From assembly GCA_963809895.1 (NCBI GenBank), contig CAWELD010000010.1, forward strand, positions 96,001 through 160,000: a DNA stretch of 64,000 bases, in the 5' to 3' direction. A program made the translations under genes and the position numbers. Shown one piece after another: positions 19,462 through 30,592 of the stretch (positions are counted from its first letter, which is position 1; each line of letters opens with the position of its first letter). The notes under the pieces are model-generated. The model did no database searches. It was not told the DNA's origin and saw nothing but the letters and a program-made list of their open reading frames with translations. Source of the DNA: an uncultured Gemmatimonadales bacterium. Lineage in GTDB: Bacteria > Gemmatimonadota > Gemmatimonadetes > Longimicrobiales > Gaopeijiaceae.

Positions 19462-20694
19462 TCACGCGTCGGGACGCACGATGCGGAGAGAGACCACGTG
19501 CTCCACGTCGAGGGAATCCTGGATCAGGGCGTAGACCCGGTCGCCCCGCACCACGGGGGGGATGCGTAGCACGGGCTCGATGGTCAGGGGGATGGGGGAT
19601 CGCAGGCGTCCCAGGTAGCGACCGCCGGCGTCGAAGACGTCGACGGTGACCCCCGGCTCTCCGCGCTCGCCGTAGAGGCCCACCCAGAGCTCACCTCGAT
19701 CCGAAACCGTGAGCCAGCGGTAATACGGCTTGCGGGCGGGCACCAGGTCCCGGTCCAGCGCTGCACCCTCCCACTCTGTCTCCAACTCGCTCATGGCCGA
19801 GTCGAGCTCGGCAGACGTGACGTGGGGAGCTTCGCCGGCACGGGTCATTTCGCGGGTCGGGATGCTGTCGAAGTCCAGCCTCCAGAGGTGATAGGCATCG
19901 GACGTGCCGACCCAGACCTGACCGGAGGGGTCGGGGCTCCATCGGACACGGGCGTCCCATGGGACGCTGGGCTGCAGAGAGGCGCCCCCGTTGGTCCGGC
20001 GCGCCGGGAACGAGGCGAAATCGCGCCAGGGTAGCGCCAGGGTGTCCGGGAAGGTCGGGGGTGCGTCCAGCTGGACGGCTTCCGACCGCAGCATCCCGGG
20101 GATGGCGAAGTCGGGATCCCACGAGGACACCACGTAACTGTGGTCCAGGAGGCGGCCCAGCGTGTCGAAGGCCAGGTCGCCGTGACTCCCACCGCGGAGA
20201 GGGCGAGGGAGAGTGGCTACGAGAGCTCCCGCGGTGTCCAGAACCGTGTAGCGATCGGTGCCCCAATCCGAGACCCAGAGTCGGCCCGGCGAATCGAAGG
20301 CCAGGCCATCGGGATGCTGGAACTCGCCGGGCCCTTCACCGAAGCGTCCCAGGGTGCGGACCCAGGCGCCGTCGGCATCGAAGACCTGCACCTCTCCCGC
20401 GTATCCGTCGGCGACGTAGATCCGACCCGCCGCATCCACGGCGAGATCGCTCACGCGCTGGAAGACCTCCGGACCCGCGGCGGCATCCCCTAGCCGAAAG
20501 ACCACCTCCAGGCTCCATGCCTGCTCCGGTGACCACAGGCCCTCCGAGGGATTTCGCACGCGCACGGTGCCGGTCTCCAGGGTGTCCACGACCACCCGGT
20601 CCACCTGCGTGGGATCACCGCAGCCGGTGAGCGCGGCGACGAGCCACGCGATCACCACCGTCCCACCCCACCTCCGATCCCTCCACCCGCTCAT
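19462..20694 (-). CDS. Six-bladed beta-propeller (NHL-like) lipoprotein
   Basis: Lipobox LTGC; GRFGEGPGEF; DVFDAGGRYLG. Confidence 0.8.
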   Translation of the reverse strand: MSGWRDRRWGGTVVIAWLVAALTGCGDPTQVDRVVVDTLETGTVRVRNPSEGLWSPEQAWSLEVVFRLGDAAAGPEVFQRVSDLAVDAAGRIYVADGYAGEVQVFDADGAWVRTLGRFGEGPGEFQHPDGLAFDSPGRLWVSDWGTDRYTVLDTAGALVATLPRPLRGGSHGDLAFDTLGRLLDHSYVVSSWDPDFAIPGMLRSEAVQLDAPPTFPDTLALPWRDFASFPARRTNGGASLQPSVPWDARVRWSPDPSGQVWVGTSDAYHLWRLDFDSIPTREMTRAGEAPHVTSAELDSAMSELETEWEGAALDRDLVPARKPYYRWLTVSDRGELWVGLYGERGEPGVTVDVFDAGGRYLGRLRSPIPLTIEPVLRIPPVVRGDRVYALIQDSLDVEHVVSLRIVRPDA

Positions 20695-20716
20695 GTCACC
20701 CCCTGGGCCGTGTTGC

Positions 20717-21025
20717 TCAGTCCGGTCCGCGCTCCGATGCCTCGCGTTGTCGCCACTCCCGCCGCTCCGCCCTGAACCGCTGTCGCTGCTTCTGCACGGC
20801 GCGGTCACACAGCCACGTGATGGCGTAGAGCGCCAGCAAGAAGACGCCCATGGCGATCCAGGTGAGGCGGGCGCCGTCGCCTACGTACATGGCGACGATG
20901 GCGACCACCGCCAGGATGAAGAGCGCGGCCAGCCCCGTCTGCGGCACGGTGGTCTTCAGGGCGTGCTCGCCCCACTCCTCCTCGGGCAGGAGGACCCCGT
21001 GGGCTTCGAGATCCTGTTGGCTCAT
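20717..21025 (-). CDS. Small two-TM membrane protein
   Basis: Two hydrophobic helices and a charged tail; start overlaps the stop of the upstream permease. Confidence 0.7.
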   Translation of the reverse strand: MSQQDLEAHGVLLPEEEWGEHALKTTVPQTGLAALFILAVVAIVAMYVGDGARLTWIAMGVFLLALYAITWLCDRAVQKQRQRFRAERREWRQREASERGPD

Positions 21026-23349
21026 GTGGCCTCCATCTCCTGCTCTTCCTCCTCACCCGTGTCGCGGAAGAACTCCACCGTGTCCAGGATCTTGGAGTGG
21101 ACGGGATTGCGGTGCTTCTTGACCAGGAGGAGACGGCCCTTTGTGCGTCGGGCGATCTGCTCCGGCTTGGTGCCCAGCACGAGCTTGCGCATCCAGCCTT
21201 CACGGGCGGCGCCCACGATGGTGAGGTCGTACTTCTCCGAGCGGCGCGCGATGTCTTCGACGATGTCGGTACTGGTCTCCACCTGGAGCTGCCAGGCCAT
21301 GTCTTCGTCGGGCGGCTCCTCCTCGATGGCGACGTGGGTCAGGCCTTCGCGCAGCTCGCCGAGTCGCTTCTCCTTCTCCACGCCCGGCAGGTCCGGGGGG
21401 ATGAAGTGGATCAGGTCGAGGGTGGATCCGCGCTGACGCTTGAGCACCTCGCCGATCCCCAGCATCACCCGGGCCTGATCCGGGAAGGCCAGGGGGATGA
21501 GCACCCGGTCCAGATGGTCCAGGTCGGTGCCCCGGAAGACGACGGCGTCGCAGTCGGCGTGCTTCAGCACCAGGTCGATGTTGGTGCCGATGGCCGACCC
21601 GGGCCGGCGGCTCATGCCACGCCAACCCATGACCACCAGGTCCACGTCGCTCTCCTCGATCTCCTGGAGAATGGCCTGCGACGGATGGTGAGCCAGCCGG
21701 ATGATGGAGCTCGAGCGCACGTCGTGCTGTGCAAGGCGCTCCGCGGCGCGATCCAGTACCTCCTCACGCGCTCGCTGGATGTAGCGACGGCCCACGCGAA
21801 GCGGTGTCTGTTGGGGAAGCGAGATGACGTGGAGCAGCACGACCTCGGCGTCGCGCTCCGTGGCGATCATGCACGCCAGGTCGATCAGGGCCTCGGCGCT
21901 CGCCGGGTTGGCCAGGGGGACCAGGATGCGCATTCCCTCGGCAGGGCCCATGCGCTCGCGGAGCACCACAGGGGTGGCCTTCTTCTCCTTCTCGCGTCCA
22001 CGGGCGTAGCTGTAGTAGAGCACGAAGCCGGTGCCGACCCAACCCAGGACGAAGAACCAGGCCACCGGCGAGAAGCGGAACATGAACACGGCGATGCCGA
22101 TCATGAGCACCACCGCCAGCACCGGGAGCACGGGGAAGAACGGGATCAGGAACCCGTAGTCCAGCTTGTCGCCGTATTTCCGGCGGATGGTGATGATGGC
22201 CACGTTCACCTGCAGGAAGAGCAGGAGGAACATGACGTCGGCGGCCGCGGCCACGTCTTCGATGGGGATGGCCAGCGCCATGAAGATGATGAGCCCGCCG
22301 CTGGCCAGGAGGGCCATCCAGGGGGTGCGCGTGCCCTCGTGGATTCGAGCGAAGAAATCCGGGAGATTGCGGTCGCGCCCCATGGCGAAGGACACGCGGG
22401 TGGAGCTGAAGGTGGTGGCGTTCAGCGCCGACATGGTGGACAGGATGCCTCCCACCAGCAGGAGCGTGGTTCCCAGCGGCATGAACTGTCTGGCCGCCTC
22501 CGCCAGGCCCAGCTCCTTGTGCTCGCCCAGCCACGCCCAGGTGGGCTGCGCCGTGCCCGTGTTCACCGCGCCCAGCGCCGCCACCGCCACCAGGATGTAG
22601 ATGGGAATCACGATGGCCAGCGACCAGAACACCGCCCGGGGGATGTTCCGCTTGGGGTCCTTCACCTCCTCGCCGGCCTGAACGATGATCTCGTAGCCTT
22701 CGAAGGCCACGTAGGTCAGGCCCATGGCGGTGAGCACGCCGCCGAGTCCGTTGGGCGTGAGTGGCGTGAAGTGGCTCCAGCTCGTCGGCTCGTGGACCAT
22801 GGCCCACAGGCCACTCCCGATGAAGAGCGCGATCACCAGGATCTTGGCCACAGTGACGATGTTGCCGGCGAGCCCCGTCTCGCTGACGCCCTTGAAGTTG
22901 ATGGCGATGAACGCCAGCGCGATGAGCACCGCGAAGGGCTTCTCCAGGACGGAGCCCGGCATGCCGAAGACGGTCCAGCCCAGCTCGTCCAGCACCAGGC
23001 CCAGGTAGGCGCCGAAGCCCAGGGCGTAGAGGCTACCCGCCACCGCGTGGGCGAACCAGCTCATCCAGCCCGCCAGGAAGGCGTTGGGGCCCGGCAGCCC
23101 CTCCTTCACCCACAGATATCCGCCACCCGCTTCGGGAATCGCCGAGCCGAGCTCCGCGTAGGCCAGCGCCGTGAGGAAGGTGACGACGCCGTTGGCCGCG
23201 AAGGCGAGGATGAGCCCTGGACCGGCGGTGCCGGCGGCGATCCCGGTGAGCACGAAGATGCCCGCGCCGATCATGGCGCCCACCCCCACCATGGTGATGG
23301 TGAAGAGTCCCAGGTCGCGGCTCAGCTCGGCGCGGGGGCCCTCACTCAC
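21022..23349 (-). CDS. APC family amino acid permease fused to two universal stress protein domains
   Basis: GAMIGAGIF, YAELGSAIPEAGGGY and AFEGYE...EEVKDP; ILVPLAN, DLVVMGW and LVLGTKPEQI USP motifs. Confidence 0.9.
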   Translation of the reverse strand: MSEGPRAELSRDLGLFTITMVGVGAMIGAGIFVLTGIAAGTAGPGLILAFAANGVVTFLTALAYAELGSAIPEAGGGYLWVKEGLPGPNAFLAGWMSWFAHAVAGSLYALGFGAYLGLVLDELGWTVFGMPGSVLEKPFAVLIALAFIAINFKGVSETGLAGNIVTVAKILVIALFIGSGLWAMVHEPTSWSHFTPLTPNGLGGVLTAMGLTYVAFEGYEIIVQAGEEVKDPKRNIPRAVFWSLAIVIPIYILVAVAALGAVNTGTAQPTWAWLGEHKELGLAEAARQFMPLGTTLLLVGGILSTMSALNATTFSSTRVSFAMGRDRNLPDFFARIHEGTRTPWMALLASGGLIIFMALAIPIEDVAAAADVMFLLLFLQVNVAIITIRRKYGDKLDYGFLIPFFPVLPVLAVVLMIGIAVFMFRFSPVAWFFVLGWVGTGFVLYYSYARGREKEKKATPVVLRERMGPAEGMRILVPLANPASAEALIDLACMIATERDAEVVLLHVISLPQQTPLRVGRRYIQRAREEVLDRAAERLAQHDVRSSSIIRLAHHPSQAILQEIEESDVDLVVMGWRGMSRRPGSAIGTNIDLVLKHADCDAVVFRGTDLDHLDRVLIPLAFPDQARVMLGIGEVLKRQRGSTLDLIHFIPPDLPGVEKEKRLGELREGLTHVAIEEEPPDEDMAWQLQVETSTDIVEDIARRSEKYDLTIVGAAREGWMRKLVLGTKPEQIARRTKGRLLLVKKHRNPVHSKILDTVEFFRDTGEEEEQEMEAT

Positions 23350-23486
23350 GGGGTGGCTCGCATGCAGGTGTCGGGGGATAGGGGTCGGCGTTCGGGACGG
23401 AGAAAGCTAGGGGACAGGGTGGGGCGGGGGACAGGGCAGGGCGGGCGCATTTGACGCCTGGGGGCCGCAAGCAGACACTGGAGCCT

Positions 23487-24704
23487 ATGCTGTGGTCTCC
23501 CTTTCACGTTCGGCGCTGTTCGGTTGCCCTCGTTCTCGCCCTGGCGGCGTGCGGCGGGGAGGGTGGCGTCGAAGGTGCGACGCCCGGCAGGAGCGTGAGC
23601 ACCGGGGGCTACCCCGTGGTGGACCACGCCATGCTTCCGGCGGCCATGCCGGTGGAGCCCGCGTTCCGCCTGGGCTCCCTCCGTGGCGACTCGGGGGTGG
23701 CCTTCGGCGAGCTGGCCGGCCTCGGGGTGAACGACCGCGGGGAGGTGCTCGTGCTGGACCGGCAGGCCGCGGCCGTGCTGCGCTTCGACACGCTGGGCCG
23801 GGCGCTGGGCGCCATGAACCGGCGCGGGAAAGGTCCAGGCGAGCTCGTGTCGCCGAGCGGGCTGCATGTGGACCCGAACGGCCACGTCTGGGTGAGCGAC
23901 CCGGGGACGGGGCGGCTGACGGAGTGGGTGGATGGCGAGGCCGGTCGAACGTTCGGCATGCCGCCGCTCCAGCAATCCCCCTACATCTGGAAGGGTGGCG
24001 TGGCCGACGGCGTCGTGAGGATCCAGAGCACGGTGTCGGAGCCCCAGGATCCGGAGCGCGAGCCCGCCGTGCGCACCTGGCGCGGAACGGTCATCCTCGT
24101 CCGCTGGGATGTGGACTCGGGCGCCGTGGACACCCTGCTCGTGGGGCCGAGCGCGGACCGGGGCCTCGACCTGGTCAACGCCCAGGCGGTCCTCCCCTTC
24201 CAGCCCGAGCGGTTGGTCGCCGGCGCGCCGGACGGCTCTGTGTGGACCGCTACCTCCGACGCCTACGACATCGTCCATCTAGGGGCCGAGGGGGATACCC
24301 TCCTGCGCCTTCGAGCCCGGATCCCGCCCGTGCCCGTGGACCCCGCGGAGCGCGCCGCGCGCATCGAATCTCTGGAGTCGTTCATGGAGCGGGTGCGGAT
24401 CCCCGTGGACGTGGATTGGGACGCCGAGGTTCCCGACGCCGTCCCCCCGCTGTCGGGGCTGGCCATCGACGAGTGGGGCCGCCTCTGGGTGCAGCGGCAC
24501 ACCCCCGCCGGGCTGCGCTGGGACGTCTTCGCGCCCGAGGGCGAGTGGCGCATGTCCGCGACCGCCGCCCTGAAGCTCGACGGGTGGCTCCAGCCGGTGG
24601 TGCGCAACGGCTGGCTCGCCGGCATGCAGCGCGGCGAGTTCGACGAACCGTACGTCGTGGTCGTGCGCATGCCGGAGATCGAGGACGCGGAGGGCGGCGG
24701 CTGA
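23487..24704 (+). CDS. Six-bladed beta-propeller lipoprotein
   Basis: Lipobox LAAC; GKGPGEL; WDVFAPEG; EFDEPYVV. Confidence 0.8.
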   Translation: MLWSPFHVRRCSVALVLALAACGGEGGVEGATPGRSVSTGGYPVVDHAMLPAAMPVEPAFRLGSLRGDSGVAFGELAGLGVNDRGEVLVLDRQAAAVLRFDTLGRALGAMNRRGKGPGELVSPSGLHVDPNGHVWVSDPGTGRLTEWVDGEAGRTFGMPPLQQSPYIWKGGVADGVVRIQSTVSEPQDPEREPAVRTWRGTVILVRWDVDSGAVDTLLVGPSADRGLDLVNAQAVLPFQPERLVAGAPDGSVWTATSDAYDIVHLGAEGDTLLRLRARIPPVPVDPAERAARIESLESFMERVRIPVDVDWDAEVPDAVPPLSGLAIDEWGRLWVQRHTPAGLRWDVFAPEGEWRMSATAALKLDGWLQPVVRNGWLAGMQRGEFDEPYVVVVRMPEIEDAEGGG

Positions 24705-24759
24705 AGCACCCGGCGTCTGAGCTCCTGGCGGCCCTTGCGCACCCTCACCCTCGACTCTA

Positions 24760-24784
24760 GATATAGCGAGAGACGATATAGCGA
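24760..24784. promoter_or_regulatory. Putative PadR operator (direct repeat)
   Basis: GATATAGCGA twice (24760-24769 and 24775-24784) in an AT-rich patch upstream of padR. Confidence 0.5.
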
Positions 24785-24810
24785 CACTCGATCATGAAGG
24801 CCTCCCGACC

Positions 24811-25140
24811 ATGACCACGCACGACGATCCCGGGGCGTTCCTGCCCCTGTCGCAAGCCGAGTTCCAGATCCTCCTCGCGGTGTGTGACGAGCCCCGGCAC
24901 GGCTACGCGATCATGCAGGAGGTGGAGCACCGGGGCGGACCCGCCGGGTCGCTGGGCCCCGGCACGCTGTACGGGGCGATCAAGCGCCTCCGGAAACGAG
25001 GGCTCATCGCGGAGGTGGAGACCGAGGATTCGGGACGCGCCCGTCCGTACCGGGCTACGCCGCTGGGACGCCGGGTGGCCGCGGCGGAGGCCCGACGTCA
25101 CAAGGAGCTGGTGCGTTGGGCGGAGGCCACGGGGCTGTGA
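24811..25140 (+). CDS. PadR family transcriptional regulator
   Basis: FQILLA...RHGYAIMQEV...LGPGTLYGAIKRL. Confidence 0.9.
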   Translation: MTTHDDPGAFLPLSQAEFQILLAVCDEPRHGYAIMQEVEHRGGPAGSLGPGTLYGAIKRLRKRGLIAEVETEDSGRARPYRATPLGRRVAAAEARRHKELVRWAEATGL

Positions 25141-27785
25141 CGCGCCGCGGCACCGGGGCACGCCGGCTTCTGAAGCTCGGGGTCCTCGTCTACCGCATTG
25201 CGCTGAGGCTCTACCCCCCTTCGTTCCGACGGGAGTGGGGCGGCGCCATGGTCCGTGTCTTCGTACGCCGGAGCTCGTCGGGCCTTCGTGCGCGCGGCAC
25301 CCGGGGATTGCTGATCTGGTGGAAAACGGCGGCGGCGGACACCGCGCGCTCGCTGGTTCGTGAATGGTGGGACGTCACAGGGGAGGTGGGGATGTGGGGA
25401 TCGCCGATGGGACTCGGCCGGGGGCTCCGGCAGGCGCTCAGGCGCTACTCCAGGACGCCGGCGTGGACGCTGGCGGCGCTGGCCACGCTGACCGTGGGCA
25501 TCGGAGCCACCACGGGGATGGTCTCGCTGGTCTGGGAGAGCCTGATTCGCCCGCTGCCCTTCCGGGCGCCGGACGAGCTCTTCGAGATCAGTCCCCGGAA
25601 CGTGGAGGGCGGTGAGGCCCGACGCTTCAGCCTGAATCTGGTGGAGACGTGGCAGGACGAGGGGGCCGGTGGAATCACACTTGCCGGCTTTTCGCCCACG
25701 GCCGCGCCCATGGATCTGGGCCGGGGGCCCGAGTACGTGTCCGGCGGATACGCCACCGGTAACCTGATGACGCTCCTGGGGGTGCGGCCGCTGCTGGGGC
25801 GCGTCTTCGAGCAGGCCGACGGACGAGAGGGTGCCAGCCCCGCGATGGTGCTCTCCCAGGAGCTGTGGCGCACGGATTTCGGCGCCGATCCCGGGGTGCT
25901 CGGTCGTACCCTCGAGGTGGGCTCCCGCGATGTGACGATCGTGGGCGTCGTGGGCCCGGAGCTCGCCACCCTGGTGCCCGACGCGCGCTTCTGGATGTCC
26001 ACGGCGACCTTCCCCAGATCCCCCGACATCACGGCCCTCCAGGCCGTCGGTCGGGCCAGCTCGGCCCCCGGCGTGGCGGCGCTCAACCAGCGACTGGCGG
26101 GGCTGCGGGTCACCGACGCCGCGGGGTCGGTCTTCTTCGGACGCGCCGAGCCTCTGCGTGATGCGCTGGTGCAGGACATGCGTACCGTACTGCTGGTCTT
26201 TCTGGCGGTGGTGGCGGGACTCCTGGTCATCGGCGTCGTCAACCTGTCCAACCTCTTCCTGGGGCGGGCCGTGACTCGCGACTCGGATCGGGCCATTCGC
26301 CGTGCCCTCGGCGCCAGCCGGGGACGCCTGGCGGTGGACGCGATCCTGGATGGCGCCGTGCTGGGCCTGTTGGGTGGTGGCGCGGGACTCCTGCTGGGCG
26401 GCTGGCTGCAACGCATCGTGGTCTCGAGCAGTCCCGCCCAGATTCCCGGGGTCGGCGTGGGGTCGGCGGGTCTGGTGCGGGGCCTGACCGCCGTCGGCCT
26501 GGCGGTGCTCCTGTGCGTGGGCCTGTCCTGGGCCACCGCGGCCCGCGGGTCCGGAGGGGCGGCGCGAAGCCTGGCCGGTAGCCGGCGCACCACCGGGGCC
26601 CGAGCCGTCCGCAACGTGCAGCGAGGGCTCACGGTGGTCCAGGTGGCGGCGACCTTCGTCCTCCTGGTGGGATCGGCCCTCCTGATCCGCACCTTCGCGC
26701 GACTCTCCAGCCGAGAGCCCGGATTCGACGCCGTGCGGACTGCGGGCCTGCGCCTGTCGCTGCCCGTCGAGGCCTATCCCGACACGGCGTCCTGGAAGGC
26801 CTTCACGCTGAGGCTGGTGGACGAAGTGACTGCCCTGCCCGGTGTGGAAGCGGCGTCCGCGGCGGACCGTCCGCTACTCAAGGGCCTCGCCATGACCCGG
26901 GTGGGCGTCGAAGGAGACGCGGCGCCGGACGGAGATGGTCCCATGGACGTGGTCATCGGAGCCCTCCCGGGATTCCTCGACGCCATGGGCATTCCCTTGC
27001 TCCGGGGCAGGGGCCTCGGGCCCGGCGACACCGAAGACGCGCCGCCGGTGGCCGTCGTCACCGAATCCTTCGTGGCGCGGCATTTTCCCGGCAGCGACGG
27101 GTTGGGACGCCGATTCAGGATGGGCAGCGGGCCCTGGATCAGCGTCGTGGGGGTGATTCCCGACCTGCGTGTCTCGGGTCCGGCGCTGCCTGCCGAGCCG
27201 GTCTTCGTCCAACCCATGGGCCAGGCCGACGCCTGGAACCACTTCATCTCCGTGGTCCTGCGCGCTCCGGGCGATCCCGCCTCGGCCCTGGACGCTGCCC
27301 GGACGCGGCTCCATGAGATCGAGCCGGGAGCCGCGGTCTACGAGATGGGGACCTACGCGCAGTGGCTCGATCAGTCGCCCACCTTCGCCGAGACCCGGTT
27401 CCGGGCTCTGGTGGTGGGTCTTCTGGGCGCGGTGGCACTGATCCTCGCCCTCATCGGGGTCTACGGCATCACGGCCTACTCGGTGCGCCGCCGCACCCGC
27501 GAGCTGGGGATTCGCCTGGCGCTGGGGGGAAGGCCGCGTCGAGTGCTGGCGGCCGTTCTGGGCGAGGGACTCCGCCTGGCCGTGGTGGGGATCGCCCTGG
27601 GTGCCCTGGTCGCGTGGCCGCTGGTCGGCGCCCTGGTGGGGCTGCTCGAGGGATTGCCGGCCCGGGATCCCCTGGTGTTCGGCGTGGTAGGAGCGATGTT
27701 GGCCACGGTCGCGGGCGTCGCCTGCCTGCGTCCCGCGCTGGCTGCGTCACGGGTGGCGCCGGTGGAGGCGCTCAGGGAGGAGTAG
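25137..27785 (+). CDS. Duplicated orphan ABC permease (ADOP-like)
   Basis: LYPPSFR N-terminus; NLSNLFLGR...AIRRALGAS; RRTRELGIRLALG; PVEALREE; GTG start overlaps the padR stop. Confidence 0.88.
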   Translation: MTRRGTGARRLLKLGVLVYRIALRLYPPSFRREWGGAMVRVFVRRSSSGLRARGTRGLLIWWKTAAADTARSLVREWWDVTGEVGMWGSPMGLGRGLRQALRRYSRTPAWTLAALATLTVGIGATTGMVSLVWESLIRPLPFRAPDELFEISPRNVEGGEARRFSLNLVETWQDEGAGGITLAGFSPTAAPMDLGRGPEYVSGGYATGNLMTLLGVRPLLGRVFEQADGREGASPAMVLSQELWRTDFGADPGVLGRTLEVGSRDVTIVGVVGPELATLVPDARFWMSTATFPRSPDITALQAVGRASSAPGVAALNQRLAGLRVTDAAGSVFFGRAEPLRDALVQDMRTVLLVFLAVVAGLLVIGVVNLSNLFLGRAVTRDSDRAIRRALGASRGRLAVDAILDGAVLGLLGGGAGLLLGGWLQRIVVSSSPAQIPGVGVGSAGLVRGLTAVGLAVLLCVGLSWATAARGSGGAARSLAGSRRTTGARAVRNVQRGLTVVQVAATFVLLVGSALLIRTFARLSSREPGFDAVRTAGLRLSLPVEAYPDTASWKAFTLRLVDEVTALPGVEAASAADRPLLKGLAMTRVGVEGDAAPDGDGPMDVVIGALPGFLDAMGIPLLRGRGLGPGDTEDAPPVAVVTESFVARHFPGSDGLGRRFRMGSGPWISVVGVIPDLRVSGPALPAEPVFVQPMGQADAWNHFISVVLRAPGDPASALDAARTRLHEIEPGAAVYEMGTYAQWLDQSPTFAETRFRALVVGLLGAVALILALIGVYGITAYSVRRRTRELGIRLALGGRPRRVLAAVLGEGLRLAVVGIALGALVAWPLVGALVGLLEGLPARDPLVFGVVGAMLATVAGVACLRPALAASRVAPVEALREE

Positions 27786-27799
27786 GGGCGCGGAGCCCG

Positions 27800-30479
27800 T
27801 CAGGCCGCCGCGCCGGCCTCCCGCAGCCGCCGAGCATCCTCGCTCCTGCCCTGGGACTCGTACAGCTCGATGAGCGCCTCGCGGGCGCTGATGGCTATGG
27901 CGTCATCCGTGCCGCGTACCGAGGTAGCCTGGTCGAGTGTCTCCAGAAGCAGCGTCTCGGCGGCGCCCGGGTCGCCGTTGGCCATCCAGGAACGTGCGAG
28001 CGCGACGGAGGCGGCCTGGGTCTGGGGATGCTCCGGCCCCAGCGTTTCGGTGAAGGTGTCTCTCGCCCTGGTGTGGAGCGCCACGGCTTCTTCGATCCTG
28101 CCCTGGTCCCGAACGGCATTGCCGACGCGCATGAGGGCTCCGGCGTAGGCGGGGTGCTGCTCACCTACGATGCGCTCCGCCGCCGTCAGGCTCCGACGAG
28201 CCATGGCTTCCGCCTCCTCCGCCCGTCCCGCGTTGCGAAGCAGCGTGGCATAGTTCCCGAGCTCGATGGGGAACACCACGTTGTTGGCGGCCGCCTGCTC
28301 AAGCGTGCCGATGGCCTCGGCATAGATCGAGTCCGCCTCATCGGTGTGGCCGCGCCGGCCCCGCACGCCGGCGAGGCGGGCCTTCGTCGAGGCGGTCAGG
28401 AAGTGCGACGGACCCACCGTGGCGCCGAGCTTGGCCACGGCGTCGGTGGCGGCGCGGTCGGCGTCTTCGAGCCGGCCCGAACGATCGTACATCAGGGCCA
28501 GGTTGGACTCGGTGATCGCATAGTCGGGGCTGCCGGAGAGTCCTGCGCGCTCGAAGATCCCCAGGACTTCTTCGGTCGTTTCCGTGGCCCGAGCCTGGTC
28601 TCCGCGCAGCGCGTAGAGGGATCCCAGGGTGACGAGGGAGCGCGCAACCGTCGGGTCGTCCGGGCCGCCGAGCTCGAGGCGCGTCTCGTAGGAGGCACGG
28701 AGATAGGGCTCGGCCTCGTCCAGTTGTCGCGAGTCCATGAGGGCCCGACCCAGGAACTCCTGCCACTGCGCGGTGGTCTCCGAGCGCTCGTCGGTGACCT
28801 CGGTGGCCATCTCGAGGGCCTGACGGATCAGCGCCTCGCCACGCTGCCGGTCGCCGTGCTGATCCAGCGCAAAGCCCAACCGGCCCATGGCCTCGGCCAG
28901 GTCGACGGACGGGCCGAAGGCGGCCCGGCTCGCATCGACCGCATTCTCGAGCGTGGAGATGGCTTGATCGCCCCGGCCCAGGTTGAGGTAGACCCGGCCC
29001 AGCAGGTCCAGCATGCGGGCTCGGGCCTCGGGCTCGTCGGTGAGTGCGGTGTCGATCTTCGCCGCCGCCTCGTCGATGAAGTCGATCATGCGGACGCTGT
29101 CCGCGGCCACGCCGGCGCCGCGCACCGGATCGGGCGAAGTGATGAGGTCCTCGAGGAAACCGAAGGCTCGGTTGGCCGTGTCCCGCTGCCGGCGCGCGCT
29201 CCGGGCTTCGCTGGCCGCCACACCCGCGGCGGCGACCAGCGCGACGGCGACCAACCCGGCCACCGCCACGCCTGCCCGGTGCCTGCGGACGAAGGTGGTG
29301 GCGCGGTAGCCCAGCGAGTCGGGCCGCGCGGTGATGGGGAGGCCGGCGAGATGACGGTGGATGTCTTCGGAGAATGCCTCGGCCGAGGCGTAGCGATCCC
29401 CGGGCTCGGGGCGCAGGGCCTTCAGCACGATGCGGTCGAGGTCTCCCTTGAGCAACCGGCGCAGGTGTTGCGGGGTGCTCCCTCGGGCCTCACCCAGCGT
29501 GTCCGGACGCACCGTCTCGACGGTGCCGTCTCGCGACCGGCGCTCGTGGGGTCGGGTCACCACGGCGCTGGGGTTGCTCGGCGACCGCGTCACGCGCTCG
29601 CTCAACGCGGTGAGATCGCCGGGGGCCGCCTCGAACGGGCGTCGCCCCGTGAGGAGCTCGTAGAGCACGACCCCGAGCGAGTAGACGTCCGAGCCCGTAG
29701 TGAGCTCTTTGCCCTGAAGCTGCTCCGGCGACGCGTATTCCGGGGTGAGGGCTGCTGCCCGCGTGATGGTGGCGTCCGCGCCCGGCTTCGCCGCTCACGA
29801 GCTTGGCGATCCCGAAATCCAGTAGCCGCACCGAGCCCTCGCTGGTGACGAGGATGTTGGACGGCTTGAGATCCCGATGAATCACCAGGTTCTGATGCGC
29901 GAACTGCACCGCCGCGCACACCTGGCGGAAGAGCTCCAGACGCGCCTGAATGCCCAGGCGCCGGGCGTCGCAGTATCGGTCGATGCGCTCGCCCTCGACG
30001 TACTCCATGACCAGGTAGGGACGCCCGTCTTCCGCGCCGGCGTCGTACAAACGCGCGATGTTGGGATGCTCGAGTCCCGCCAGGATGCGGGCTTCGGACT
30101 CGAAGCGCTCGCGCACGGCCGGCGACCCGAACGCACCCTGCACGACCTTGAGCGCCACCGAGCGGTCGAAGCGACCGTCGGCGCGTTCGCCGAGGTAGAC
30201 GGCGCCCATACCGCCCCGACCGATCTCGCGGAGCACCCGATACGGGCCCAGGGTGCTCGGAGCCGCGGCCTCCTCCTCGAACATTCGACCCCAGTCGGAG
30301 CGGCCGCGCTGGAGCAGCTCCCGCGTCTCGGTGTCCGAGTCGAGCATGCGCACGACGACGCGGCGCAGCTCGACGTCGTCGCCGCACGCCTCGTCGAGCG
30401 CTCGCGTCCGCTCCCCCTCGTCGAGGTCGCAGACCCGTTCGAATACTCCCGCCGCCCGTGACCAGAGTTCCCCGTCCAT
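27800..30479 (-). CDS. Ser/Thr kinase with TM helix and C-terminal TPR array, apparent frameshift near 29780
   Basis: [20 protein letters not shown] and DFG; second frame has [14 protein letters not shown] and TPR-like repeats. Confidence 0.9.
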
Positions 30480-30592
30480 TGCGTCGGCTCCTGCCGGTGT
30501 CGAGATGGCAACTTGCGCCGCGGGAGTGGGTCCGGGCAATCGTGCGACGTGAATGTTGCGGACCCGCGGGCGCCGGCCAGATGTTCAGGTGC

